DNA from: a virus
Lineage: Duplodnaviria; Caudoviricetes
Reading direction: 5' to 3' (one strand)
IMG/VR virus record: IMGVR_UViG_3300025767_000018
Span: 1-59,097 of that record
DNA length: 59,097 nucleotides
Made by a program: the position numbers and the translations under genes. Below are positions 19,755 through 34,700 of this stretch, piece by piece. Below the pieces are notes generated by a model. That model was not told the DNA's origin. It did no database searches and saw only the letters and a list, made by a program, of their open reading frames with translations. The number at the start of each line of letters is the position of its first letter. Within the stretch, counting starts at the first letter, position 1.

Positions 19755-22700
19755 GCGGCAAGTCAACTGTTGCTGCACGTAAGAATCTACTAATATCAGA
19801 TTCTGATTCACTTAGGCGTATTCCTGCATCTTTCCATATTATTCCAGTTTTTCTAACAACAGTTACCTTAATATCTGGTTCTTCAGGAACCGACAACAGT
19901 GTTAATGTAGATCCTTCTATACTAAACTCTGCTGGTAATGTTACATCGCCTTCTGGACTATCTGGTGCAATTACTTGTATTGCATCACCGTTTTTAATAG
20001 GCTGTACATAACTACTAATTGCATTTTTACGTAACCGTTTTCCTGCTACAAATACTTCAAATTCATTTACACCATCTTCACCAGGTTCAAAATTAAGTTC
20101 GTAAGTTGCTGTAGTTCCGTCTGTTAAAAATTCCGAAGTTAATGTTTCGTCTCTGTACGGCATAGTTGCATTTTGACTTTGGTTATAAACATTTTCACCT
20201 TCTAAGTAAATTGCCTTAACTCCAGTGCCTAGTGTGCCTCTACGTAGTTGACTTAATACATTGTCATTTCTCACAAAGTATTCAATGCGTTCTCCGTTAA
20301 TAAACAGTATGCCAGGAATATTAGTCGACGGTACTGGATCAGGAAGTGTTGTTCCATCTGTTACTGTAATACTTTGATCATACCAATTTAAATCAGTTGC
20401 TAACATTATACCATCTCTATCATCAAGACGTTTATAATGTGTTCTATTAAGTATATCTTTAAATTGTCTCCACCCGTATTTGTTAGATAATATAGTATTT
20501 GAAAATTGTAATATTTCAATTACATCGTTCTCTTCAATACTTATGTTGATTTTAACATAACGTTTATTTTCAGTTACATAATAGTGCATACTAGGTGTTA
20601 ACAAATCACCATTAAGGGTAACCCAAACATATTGTGCATCTAACGCAGGTTTTGCTAATTCAATTAATCCAGCAGTTAAATGATTATATGTATACCAGTC
20701 ATCTGTTCCGACAGTTAACGATACTCTATCAACAGCGTCATACTGTTGTCTATCAAATCCCTGCGAATCGTGGTTACTAAATTGGTAAACTGTTATGATG
20801 TCACCGTCGTTATATGCACTATCAAGATACAGTTCGCCTGGAGTAGAAACAAATTCATTTGCACTATCAAAATATCCGTATCTGTATTCGCCATCATTAG
20901 TAATAAACACTGTTAATACATCACCATCTTGTTGGTTAACTTTTGGTTTTAGTCTAACTAAACTACCGGCACTACCTTTAGTTCCAGTAAATGACCATTC
21001 TGTATTATATGCCAATTCTTTATTATTTAAAAACACTTTTATTTGCTTGTTATTAACTGCACCGGGTGGAATTTGAAACTCTTCTAATTTATATTCACGC
21101 TTTTCTGCTGTTGTTACAAATCTACGATTGTATCCTGCGTTAAGTATTTTGTTATTAACTTTTACAATACTAAACCAAGCACTTGGCTCATTATTAAACG
21201 GCGTTTGTACAAGATCAAAAACTGTTGTGCTTCCGTCTGCTGTAAATGTATCAATCGAGACTTCACTAAAGTTTTGTTTATCCCCTTTAAAGAAAGCATA
21301 ACTTATTACACTACCTGCTTCTGGTGGCGTAGCAAATGATACTACTGCATTATTTGGATATGCATATGAATCGTCGCTTTCTTCAATTACATTGTTTAAA
21401 GTTTGTCCGTTTAATGCAATAAAATATTGCAAGTCTGTACCAAATCTCACGTTAGTTAAAAACTTACTTGTACTTCCGTCTGCAATAAAATTGTCTATAT
21501 CTAATATTTCAGTGCCGCTTATACCCAATATTGCAAAATGTATTTTTGCATTTAGTACAGGCGCAATATTAAAAGTTACTGTTTTAGTAGTGTAATTAAT
21601 AGTGTAATCTTCTGCAGAGATAATATTATATCCTACCTTTACAAACAAGCTGTTAGCCTGTAAAGGTGATGTATCTAAACTGAATTCTTTAGTTGTGCCA
21701 TCACCTGTATAATTTCTTGAAGTAATTTGGCTGCTGCCGTTTTGCGGTCTTTCATATACCTTAATATCAATTGTATCAAGTACTTGACCAGGAACAAGTT
21801 CTTCTGGGCCACCGCTTGTTGTTGCTGTCACAAATCCGTCACCGTCAATCACAATATCTTCAGCGTTTAACCCTGTAGCAGTTGAATAGTTAAGTGCGCC
21901 GCCTGTTATACTAGTATCATAACTATTTGGGTCAGGTAAGTAAGTTCCATCGCTAGTTGATTTTCTAATAATGATAATATCGCCTGCTTGGTTAGCAAGA
22001 TTAAGTCCGTCATTATCAAGGAACACAATAGTAGTAGTTCCGTCTCCTGTAATACTTTGACATATTGCATTTGGATTAGTTACTGGAGTTGCAGTGCCGT
22101 AGTTGACATCATCAATGCGCACACCGTTTAAGTAAACATTGTATACTGTTGCGTTTGCTAACGGCGCAGCAAGATCGAGACTTATAGTAGATCCGTCTAA
22201 TTCAAAAATTTCATCTTCAAATGTTGTGTCGTAACTGTCCCAAGTGTCTTCATACCATCCATCTGAATCCCAGCCTTGACCTTTGCCAAACCCAAGACTA
22301 GTAACTTCAACTCCGCCGTAGTCTAAACCAGTCATAAGTTGGTTTAGGTCTTTGCCAGGCATACCTGTAGTTGGAGTATAATAATTATTAATTCTATCTT
22401 GGGCTTGCATCAAGTCAACGGATTTTTTATATTCAATTCTTACCGATTTATTAATTGCAGGAGCGTTAGTAAAAGTTATTTGTCCATAATGACGATCATA
22501 TCCTTTAGTAATATCTAATAAGTTTTTATATGTGTATTCACTGTTTAATGCTTCTTGATTGTTGACATAAACTTTTATATTTGATTTTAATAGATCCATT
22601 GGCCATATTAAATCAAATTCAAATTCGCTACCGCTTGCTATAAACGTTTCGGTTTGACTTAATGAGGTATAAACATATGTGCCGGTTGTTCTATCAAACT

Positions 22701-25700
22701 TAACAGTTGAATATAATCCTCTTACAGGATTGTCACCAAGTTGTACACTGAATGTTGCAACTTCGCCACCTGGCTCGATATTATCTAATGATGATATTGT
22801 AGGAGTAGAATAATATCCTGCACCTGGAGATACAACAGTTACACTAGATATTTTGCCGGCGGTTCCTATATTTGCTTTTAATACTGCGCCGCCTGATCCA
22901 CTTAGTGTTAGTACAGGTGCAGTCTTATACCCGCTTCCTGGATTAACTACTTCAACCTTTACAATCTTATACCCACTGTTATCTAACCAATTCTTATTAG
23001 GATAATTTTCAAAATCAGCATTAACACCAATTAAAACACCATCTTGTATTTTAACGTTTTGTGGAACAATTTTGCCGTCGACGCTATTATATGCTGGAGG
23101 TAAATCAAAGTCAGTAACTGCTGTGCTAGTATTATCAAGGCTTTCGTAAGCACTTAAATATTCTCTAACTTTAGTTCCAAACGGTTTAACTTCTTTAATA
23201 TAAGACTCGTAACTTGGAAGATTATCATTATTAAATGTAACGTCTTTTCTTAAACTTCCAACATTATGTTTTGCTTTAATAAAGCTAGTTTTAAATGCCC
23301 AATCAATATAAGTTTGTTCACTAAATGCATAACGTAAATTTGCAAAGAACAAAGAATTAAACTTAACTAATAGATCGTCAATAAATAAATCATTTTTAAT
23401 TGACTCTAATATTATTCTAAGTTCTATTGTTGGCTCACTGTCATAAACTTTAGTATCAAAACTTATAGTATCAAACCCAGTAGCAGCTTCATTAGAATCG
23501 TAAAGTGTAGATTTAAACTGAATAGTGCCGTTTTGTCTTCCAATAGTACTATAATTAATTGTATAATCTTCAGTATCTTGGGAGTCTATTTTCTTTAGTA
23601 ACAGCCATCCGCCTGATCCAATTGAAGATATTTTTACAATATCGCCAATGCTATTGTTTAGTGATGTAAGTTCATAACTATTATCAATAAGGTAATCAAT
23701 TTCAGTTAGTTCACTGTAATCACTTGCATACCAATTTGAATAATCCCAATATAAATTTACATTATAGCTTTGGCTTTGTATTCTATTCCAAGAACGAGGA
23801 TCATTAATTCTTTCATATAGCCCCCATTTTCCTTGTATAGTTCTATCACTGTTAACTAGAACAGTAAATTTTCGTACAGTTAGTATTGGTGCATTATTAT
23901 AATTTTCACCAGGGGCTGTAACAGCAACACTTGTGATTCGACCAAAAGTATCAATTGCTGTTTGTAATATGGCGCCAGTTCCGTTGCCTGTTACAGTTAC
24001 CGTTGGCGGTACTCTATAACCTCTTCCTGGATCTACAATATTAACACTTGAGATTTTACCATTTATTACTACAGGCGATAATATAGCCTGTGTTGCTCTT
24101 GCAACACCTATAAATTCTAAGTCATCGATTGTGTCAACTTTAGCATCCCAATGATTTGACACTTCAGTTGGGGCAGGATCAAAATTAAAGAGTGATGTAA
24201 ACACTTTATCATCTACAATTAAGTTTTCGTTAAGTATAAGGTTAGTTCTTTCAATAAATTGCTTTAATGCTTCAGTACGATTTATAAACCAACTTTGCCT
24301 TGGTGTGTTTAATGCACCGTATTTTTGTTTTGTACTTAACAACGGATCCGGAACAATACGATCTTGTTCATCATATCCTATTAGACTGTCGTACCATTTT
24401 CTAATAATATCTTTATTAGGCTGACTTGTTTCAAGTCCTTCAGATATAATTTGATATTGTGTATGGATATTTTGGTCTTGATTTTCGATTGTCCAAAATT
24501 GGGTACTTAATGCAACATCAGTGCCTTTAATATATCCTTCTGCATTATAAAGTACAAAGCTAGTAGGACTAATTAATCCAGCAAATGTGTATCCTTTAGC
24601 AACAGGATCTTTAATGTAATCTGCAATATCACTAATATTAATGTTTCTAAATTCTACATTAGGCACTGTCTTTTTATTAGATACCCAAAAGTAATATATT
24701 GTTATAAATGTGCCAGCAATATTATCATATTTGCGTTTAGTGCTATAAGCTGTATCGCCATATAAACTAGTACCGCTATATCCTTTTGCAAATCCGTTTT
24801 CAGTATCAGCTTGGGCATCCCAGGCACTAGGTAATACATCTGACTCTACCCATTCGTATACATCAATAGTGTTGCCCTGGAAGACTTTAGACCAATTTTG
24901 TGTACTAAAAATTGTATCTCCTTGATAAGGATTATAAAATTTAGCGTTAGTTAAATTCCACCATACTTCACCAATATGTTCACTTCCCCAACTATTTGTT
25001 ATATCAATAATAGTGCCCGATGCTGTTGATAAATCATAAAGTGCCGGATCGTAATAAGTTTTAAATGTTAGTTCTTGTTCTGCAACACCTGCAACTTTTC
25101 CTTGAATTGGATCAATATAATCAAGCGGAGTTAGTAATAAATTTTCCTTTGTATCATAAAGGAACATTTTTTTAATCTTACTAATATCAACGGTTGACTT
25201 AGCTGCGCTATGTTCCGTCCACATAGGTTGCGTTTTATTATTGGCAAAATTTAAAATACGTCCTGTATAATTTCCGGAGATATCTACTTCCTTAGATAAT
25301 CCAACATATAAGTGATTATTTTTAGCAACAATATTTTGGCCAAACTCTTTTACAGCTCTATTAGATATTCCAATAGTTTGTGCAAGTAATAATTCCGCCT
25401 CTATTTTTTCGTAAACATATATAACTCCTGCGTCTTCATTAATTGTTTTAAAATCAGTAAAGCCGCCATCAAATACTGTGCTATAATTATCAAAATAAGA
25501 CCTAGATTTAGAATCTGCATTTTTAGCAGAAATATATAATTTTTCGCCGTCAAACTCAATTTTCCAACCAAACAATTCAGCTCTCTCGTTATTAAAACTT
25601 TTTAATGTTTGTGATAATACAAATGTTCCATTAATTTGTTTATAGATATAAACAATCCCTTGATTTTCAAGATAGTCATCGTTTAACGGGGCACTTATTG

Positions 25701-28700
25701 CAATTAATGTACCATCTGAGGATATTGATATTGACTGGCCAAATGCCGATGTTTTATCAGGAGCCGGAATTTCTTGAGATTTTTCAAAATGACCGTTATT
25801 AGATCTATATACAACTACTTGGTTAGGTGTCTGATTGCTATATAATGCATTAACAACTAGCACTTCTCCGGACAATGATACGTCAAACTGTGAGGCAAAA
25901 TCTTCAAGCCCGATCTGATTTAATATTGTAGTCGAGTCACTTACATTTCGACCAGTTGAATTAGGAATAAATCCAACATAGTCAACTAAGTCTGACATTG
26001 CGGTCCATTCATTAATACTAAATGTGCTAGGTGCTAAATTAGTTTTTGCAGCATATATTATACCTTCATTATATACAATGTCGTCTGTAAAATAAGTAAT
26101 ACCTTCACTAAATGTACCTTTAAACTTTTTATTTTTTGCATAATCCCAGTTATAGTTTATACCGTTTTCTTCACCGTTTTTAATAAAATATAATTTGCCT
26201 GGAGAATATTGAGTAGTAGTCCAGGTATTATTACTCCAAGAATATATAAAATTGTTAACTTTCCATTTGCTATCTTGAGTATTACCATAAACTATATACG
26301 TATTGATATCTGATATTTGCGGATCAATCTTTCCTGCAAAGTACGGAGTACCTGATATTGTTACACCGGTAATGGTTCCGCTAATACTTACGCCAGTAAC
26401 TGTTAATACAGCATCGTTGTTGCTATACCTTCCACCTAGTAAATTTCCTCTTATAACAATAGTATCATTAATATTAAAATTAGAGCCGCCGTCGACTATA
26501 TTTTCAATATTGTAATATAAATCTGGTAATGTTTGTGTACTATCATTAAGTGCAGGCGTTAATACTCTTACTCCAACTGTAAAAGATGTTTGAGTAGGTA
26601 AATCATTTGCCGAATCTAATGTTCCTATTGTATCTAAATCAAGTGAAGAACCAGCGTGAATAAATCCTCTATATAAATTATTATTCTTTGTAATTTTTAT
26701 AGAACTACCAAGTTTAAAGTTTTCTTGTTTTTCAGGTACAGTGTAATTTTCTGTTATACTATATTTTCCAGGAGCAATCTTTGAGTATACACTATACATT
26801 CCTTCGTTAGTCAATCCGCTAGCAGTTCCAGTCTTATCAGCTGGGATTTGATATATCTGAGTCCATTCATTATTAACAGCAGACGGTATGTTTGCAAGAC
26901 GTGCCCTGCCAGAAACTTCGTATTGTTGATAAAGCCAATATTCTATATCTAATAATCTAGAGCCTGATGATAAAGGAATAATATCCGAAGATTGGAAAAC
27001 AAATAACTTTCCAATACCTTCACTAGGCAGTCCTAAACTAACATATTGTATTTGTCCAATTGTTCTATCTACTTGGTATGTTGGATCAGGGTCTCCTGGA
27101 ATTTCTTTAAATTTAATTTCAGCATTGTCAGAGAATACGTATCCATTAGACCATGTTCCCACTACACCTTTAACAAACAACGTTGCATTAAGACCGTCTC
27201 GTTGATAATATGTAACTATGCCAGTTGCTCCGGTAGTCAAGTCTTCAACAGTTTGGCCAATCTTTGGCTCATAAGGAGTATCATCAACATTAAATTTTGT
27301 ATAATTTATGTTTATGTAACCATCCCATACATCGTACACTGTTTGCACACTATTGGTAATATCAGTTGACAATCCAATAGATGTTAAATCTCTAACAATT
27401 CCAGTGCCGTATTGGGGTAACTGGTTAACATAAAGGTTAATTAGATCACCCTGGTTAACCTCATCGCTAATCATCTTAGGTGCTCTAACTACATACAAGT
27501 TATTTAAGAATGGTGCATTAGACCCATATGCGCCAGGCAACCCTTGATAGCTTAATTTTTCTATGTATGCATTATATGTATTTTGACTACTAAATGCATT
27601 AGTTTTATAATCTAAGGAATTAGCATATAGTTTATTGCTATCTACACTATCTGTAATAACATCGTAGAATACTAAGCCACGTCCTTGATCTGTATTTTCA
27701 GTTCCAACAGTCGGAGTATAACTAGGAGTATCAATAAACCAAAACCCTCCAAATTGTGTGTTAGACTGAACACTACTAATTGGTCCTTGTTTAATATATT
27801 CTCCAATAAAATCGCCATCATCACGGAAAATACTATCAGTACTGTTAAACACACCATTAACATCTTTTAAGTATATTACTAATTCTGCACCATCGTTATA
27901 TACATAATCAACAATTCCGGATGCCGTTGTTGTTTGTAATATATCACCAATAGCAGGAAAGTTAGTTGACGCATTAATATATAGTACAACATCAATTTTC
28001 TTTTGTATAGTATGTGTTTGCTCTAAAAATTCTGCATTAATATTTGCAAATGATCCATTAAATGGGGAACGACTTGCAAGTGATGGCAAGTCTTGATTTG
28101 AGTAAGTTGTTTGGTTCCAAGCTACTTTAATTAGATCGTTTTCTTCACTACCTTCATAGTGTGCTAGCGGCGCTCTAATTAACATATGTGTCGCTGGTTG
28201 ATTTGCAAATGCAAGTTGTGCAGTTATTGGGTTAATTGCATAGTTACCAGTAACCAAAGTCGGTATAGATACTGCATTATCATTTTCTACGTCTAGCGTG
28301 TCAACAATTTGTGTAACAGAACCAAAACTATTAAATTCAATATTTTGCACAGCAGGTTGAATATCAACTAATGATTTCCAAAGTTGTTCATCTTTAGATA
28401 CAATAGTTCCCTTTGTGTAAGCAAAGTTAGGAAGAAAAGTTCCGCCTGGGGCGTATTTTGTTTTTACGTCAGATGCATTAGGCGAACCAATTATTATGCT
28501 ATTTCCGTCAGGACTAATTGCAACAGCTGACCCAAATGCTAGTGTGTCAGACGGTACCGGAAGTTGCACAAAATAATTACTTTCAAATCCATCTTCAGCA
28601 TCACTTGAATGCGGAGTAATACACTGATAAAATAAACCGTTATATATTATTATTTCGTCAACATAATCAATCTCCGGAGCCCAATTATTATATAGTTTTG

Positions 28701-31700
28701 CAACGTTGTCAGATACTTCGATTACCTGTGTTTGTGAAAAGTTTAATGAATCAGAAGATCTATTATAGACATATACCTTACCATTACCCTCGGTAGGTGC
28801 ACCAACTAACATAGTAGTATTTCTGTCATCAGTTGCTAATGCTGATCCAAAAGAATTGTCTAAAGAAGTTGTTGTCTTAGTAAGTTGTTGTTGTTCTAAA
28901 AGTAAATTTTCATTCTTGAGAACTTTCCATTTACCTGTGCCATTAACATTATCTATCCATATATAGTCATCAAGTGCAATACTTTCTTGTAGTATATTAT
29001 TTGCTGATGTAATATTTGCTGCGCGAACTTTTAAAAATCTTGTTATAGATCCAAAACATCTTGGTATTTCATCCTGGGCATTATTTGTAAGTACTGTAAT
29101 TACATTTTTGTCTACCGCAGATACTAAATAAAATCCTTCTAATTCAAATTTTTCGGTAGTTGATGATGCCGACGAGTCTTGGCCTGTATATTCTATATAA
29201 TTATTAAAACTATGTAATCCTATAACATCATTAACTGAAATTGTATCAGCATTAGTTGTAAGAGTTAATGTAAAGGAAGTAGTTCCTTCGGTTACTGATT
29301 CAACTCTATAATTAGTATCAATGTGTTTGTAAACATTCCAAGAAAGCTGATCATTTCCTACCCAAATATAATCATTTCTACTAATATCTGCAAAATTAAA
29401 ATCAGCAATATTGTTATAATTTGTTGCAACACCTCTTACATCATCAGGGTTTACATATCCTGCATCTTTTACATAACTTGCATCTACATACTTTTTAGGA
29501 AAAGGCTTATGGTCGTAATTAGGCGTTTTTTGATAAACTTCATAAGGAAGAATTCTATAAACTAAATCAGTTTCTTTACCTGTAGTACTTGTTACAAGAT
29601 CAATTGGCTGGGGAGTAAGTCTAAACTTGCTTTCATCCAGTAATAATTCGTATTCTGTAAATCCTTCACTTGCTCCATACTGACCGGCTTTAATTGCCCA
29701 TTCTTCGTAAAATTCTAAACTATCCTTATCTGCACTACTTAATACATCAAATAATTTTGTTAATGCGTTTTTAGTACCTTTGTCTTGTATCATACCTTGA
29801 TAAAATTTATATTGACTTACATCATCATTAATGATATTTTCAAGATACTGCCGCTTCTGGTAACCAATTAAATGTTGAGAAAGTCGCTGTTGTTCAGTAT
29901 CAAAATTATCCGAATCTAGGTCGTAAAAATCTGCAAACTGATTAGTTTTATATTCAAAGTTTGCATATAATCCTGCTTCTGGTTTTTTATCTAAACGATT
30001 CCAATCTATTGCATTAAACGATTCTGTACCAGTTAATTTAGTAGACGAGCTATAATAAAACTCTTTGTATTTTACAATACTGCCAATTGCATAATCAGTC
30101 CAGGGCATCCAACTAGTAGTTTTAGCTTCGTCATATACGAACCCTGGAATATTTAAACTGCCGTCCCATTCTTGGGTTTTATAACCAAGTACTTTAATGC
30201 GCTCTTGTCTATAGCCCGGTTGTGTGTCGTAAATAACATCACCAAATACTGTATTATTATCAATTAATAATGCGTGTTCTTTTTGTATAAGAGGAAGTTT
30301 AACAGCATATATTCCGTTAGCAGTAGTATCTTTCGAACGAATAACAAATTCATTAGGGGAACGTCCTAATAATGAAAATTCTTGTACTAATTTAGTGCCA
30401 TCTGATTGTAACAGAGAATAACCATAAAAACTATCAAAGATGTTATCGACCATTGCATATTCTGTTTGGAATTTAAGTTGCGCCGATGCTGGACTTAGTG
30501 TAATAACACTTCCTTCACCCCAGTTTTGTGTTGTCCAGAATAAGAATTCATTTACACTATGACGCCAGTTTAATACAACTTTTGCATCGCCTTCGTAATA
30601 ATCAAATACAAATCCTTGGTCTTCTAAATAATTGCCGTAGCCTAATAAAAAATCAACTACATCCTGTATACTAGTAAACAAGTGCCCGTAATCTGATTCA
30701 ATAACAATATTTTTATTAAATGTTTTTCTTAGAAAAGCATTTCTGCCACCTATTAATGGCAATGCCGCAAGTTTACTAAGATTAGTTGTGTCAAATTCTT
30801 GGCCACTTCTAAAATTAGATTTTACTCTATAATATGCTCCTTGGTATTCTAAATTTTGTCCTGGTATATAAGTCTTATTGCTATCCCAAATTAAATAGCT
30901 TTCACTTATTCCACCAATATTAATACTCGGATCTGCTTGAGAAGATATCGGCGCATAATATTTAAACGATGCAATTTCATTATCATATCCTTTAATTACA
31001 TATCCGTCACTTCTGCGTTCAATAATAACACCACTATACGAAACAGTCTTAACTGGTGTACTGGTATTTAAAAATACTTTATAATTTTCATCTGGGATAA
31101 AAACATTGCCGTCGTTTGTTGGACTACGGCTATCTAATATTAATTTAAATTTTTCTTTATCAGTAAATCCTGCTAACTTATGCCCTAATTGATTTTTAAT
31201 ATTTTTAATATTTGTTTTGTATGTAGTATAAGATGTAGTTACGTCAGATGTTAAATAGTTTGCAATATAGTTTACAAGCCCACTTGTATAAATTTGAGAT
31301 GTATCTTCGTATGTATTCGGAAATAATAAGTTAGTTAATTGAATTCTAGTACCTGTAGTTTTATACACTAGCTCATTTGAAACATTTCTTACTTGATTAA
31401 TTCTATCAAACCCGGTAGCAAAAAGTGTATGCGGTTTATTAATTGCAAAAGCTGAAATAATACTAAACGGATATTGACTACTTGATCTCCAAGCACTTTC
31501 TACAGGTGAACCATCACCAAATATAAAACTTCTGTCTAGTAGTTGATTATCGAATGTATTAATATAACCAGACTCGATTGGAGATACTAAGTTACCGTTA
31601 CTATCAACTGGAATGTGATTAACTAAGCCAGGGCGTTTGAAATTATTAAGAATTTTATATTTTACATTTGGTTGCCTTACAATACCTGCTTCGAGATCTT

Positions 31701-34700
31701 GCCACAACAATAAATTTTCTTTAGTATACGGAGCAGGGCCATATTGTGTTTCCCACCAAGTAGGCATAACGCTAAATCCAAGCATTTCCCAAGGATGTGT
31801 ATGAGGACGATCAGTATCGTACGCTTGTTGATAAATTTGTCTCCAAAAACCCGGCAACGATTTGCCAGATGGGCCTGTACTGCCTGCATAGTTAAATGTA
31901 AAGGAGTTAGTTCTATCAAAGAAATTATGTAACGTATAATCTTGATCAATTAATTTTGACCATTGTACAAAGTCTGGTAACATAACCCTATCGATATGTT
32001 TTTTAGTAACTCCTGTATCTCTGTGTTCGCCACCAATTAAACTGTTTATATCTAATAATTTATTGTCATATACTACTTTTATGTTATTATAGATTCTTTT
32101 TTCAAGTTCAAGTAGTAAGTCATCTCTGTAATCGTTAAACGCTATAATTTTACTACCGTCGTGGCCTTGAATAACTTCCTTTGGTGTTTGATACGTATTA
32201 TCTAAGTATTTTACAGGTTCATAAGAAGGGTATAATCCTAGCTTACTAGGAGTAGGCGGAACAAAGCTACCGTTAGTAGTTTCGTATTCATAAATATCAA
32301 TTACATCATCTGGATATTTAGTTGCGGTAACTATTACATAGCCTTCATTATTAAATGTATAATCTTTACCATGTACTAGTTGCACTTCGTTTAAATATAC
32401 TTGTACTGCTATTCTAGAAGGAGTACTTAAAGAAAAGATTGCCGACAAAGGATAAAATTTGTCGTCAGCATCAATTACAGTTGTTGTTAGTTTTCTAGTT
32501 GCACCAGTTGGGGTCATATCACTAAAGAAGAACGGCTGTGTAGGAGTCTTATTTTTGTTAATTTGTTCTAATATTGCATCTACATGCAGTTTAGTAGTAC
32601 CACTAAAAATTATATCTTCGGCTGTTTGAAGAAATAACCGTTTAAAAGTAGTATACTGATTCATTGCAAATTTTATACTTTTTATAACATTTGCATCGTT
32701 ATCTAACATATGATATAATGCAAGATTCATTGGCGAACTGTGTTGTACAAATCTTCGCCCTAATTCTGTTAAATTGCCAATATCTCGTAAATTACTTGTT
32801 CCTGGATACGTTCCTACAAATGTATCACTTTGTTCTACTATCGTAGCAATGTGATCGTTTACTTCGCCGAGCGTAAACTCTGTGATATTTTCGTTTGCTG
32901 GATTTCTTTCTAAGGATGCAGGAATTTCATAATAGCCATTTTCATTTTTTGTGGCAGATGATCTTGTCTTAATTATTACTACATCATTTATAGATAATGG
33001 ATTTGTGAAATTTACTGTTGCAATATTGTTAATATCATTAATAATAGTATAATTATTATCTTTAAATTGTAATTTGTTATTTAAATATACCTTAGTCCAA
33101 AGATCTGTTAGTTCTCCGCTATTATCATACATGTCAATTGGAAAAGACGTAATAGTATTATCAAACACATACTGTCTAATTACTAACTGTTCACTGGGTG
33201 TACTAACTTTTTTCCATCCAGATACTGAAACAAAGTTACTAAGATTTGAATATTTTCTTAAAAATCCAATATCAGTTTTTTTAGAAAAAGTTTCGTTTTT
33301 AAATGTATAAGTAAATGAATCATTTAGTAAACTAAAATTAAAAACAATGTCACCAATGTTATTAATACTCCTATAAGAAATAGGAATGGTTAATTCACTG
33401 TCAACAGCACCGGTACCGGTTTTATAACTGAATACTGTGTTACCAGTAAACGTAGACGATTCATAAACAGTTGTATCTGCATACGAGTTACCATCAATAT
33501 CAAAAATATCAAAAACAGGAGCCTGGTTAATTTTAATCTTATCCTGAGTAAGTTTCCAATCTGTGCCAGTATAATACAACATTTTACCTTTGTATGTTAC
33601 GCCATTTAAAATCAATACGACTTCGTTTGTTATTGGAATTGAATCTGTTTCTGGAATTAAAGTAATCTGTCTCTTTACTCCGACAGTCGGATCTGTAAAA
33701 TTAATAAATTTTACTTTAAATATCCTTCCAGCTACTAAAGAGTCTGGGTCTGCAGTAAACACAATTCGCATACCGTCTGCTAGATCAATTCCGTCAACAT
33801 TATATCCTTCGGAACCTTCAATAATAGAAAATGCGTCTTTTGTAAAGTCGTCAACAACATCAACATCTAATTTTGAAGAAGTTCCAAAGTTATGTAATTT
33901 TAGATTTGCTTCAAATTCAATAATAGGACGTTTGGCACGCTGTAATTGGTCTATATCAACGCTTTCATTGTTAGATAATGCACTTTCTTCAATAACACTT
34001 TTATGAAACCATCTATTATAACGACTCCATAAATTGCCATCTATACTTGCACGATTAATTACAATATAATCTTTATCTTCTGGATATCCGATTGCTTTAC
34101 TATACGGTAGTCTATCAAATCCTTGAGCATCAAATTGTATATCAATATCTTCTGTAAACGATGTAGGAACATTTAATTTAGTTTCAGAAACTAAATTAAT
34201 TTTATCACCTACCCCTTCAACATAAAATGTGCCTTGGGCATAAGTTGCAGGAACTACTTCACCAGTAAACTCGACCTTCATACCATTTGACAATTCAATA
34301 CCATTACCGCTTTTATAAAATTTCTTACCAATAACTTCGGTTTCAACATTAATAAAAGTTGCTTCGCTTATATCTTTAACAATAATAGTACCGCTTGCAT
34401 CTAAATCATTAGCTGCAACATAGTACAGCACATCCGGAGTAGATGTACCGAGTTGCAATGTGCTAACTCCTTTTTCTAATCCCTGTATACTAACACCATC
34501 AAATACTAAAATACTTGAACTATCTAATTCAAATCCATCTTCAAGTGTTTTCTGTGTTTTAATTGTAAAAGGTAAATTTGGAGTGTCAATGTCAAACTTG
34601 TAAGTAATTCCTCTATAAAGAGTAATTGTGGGATTCTGTGTCAATCCGTCTGGAGAAAATATATAAGTTTCGTTATCTGCGTTTTCACCAATACGAACAG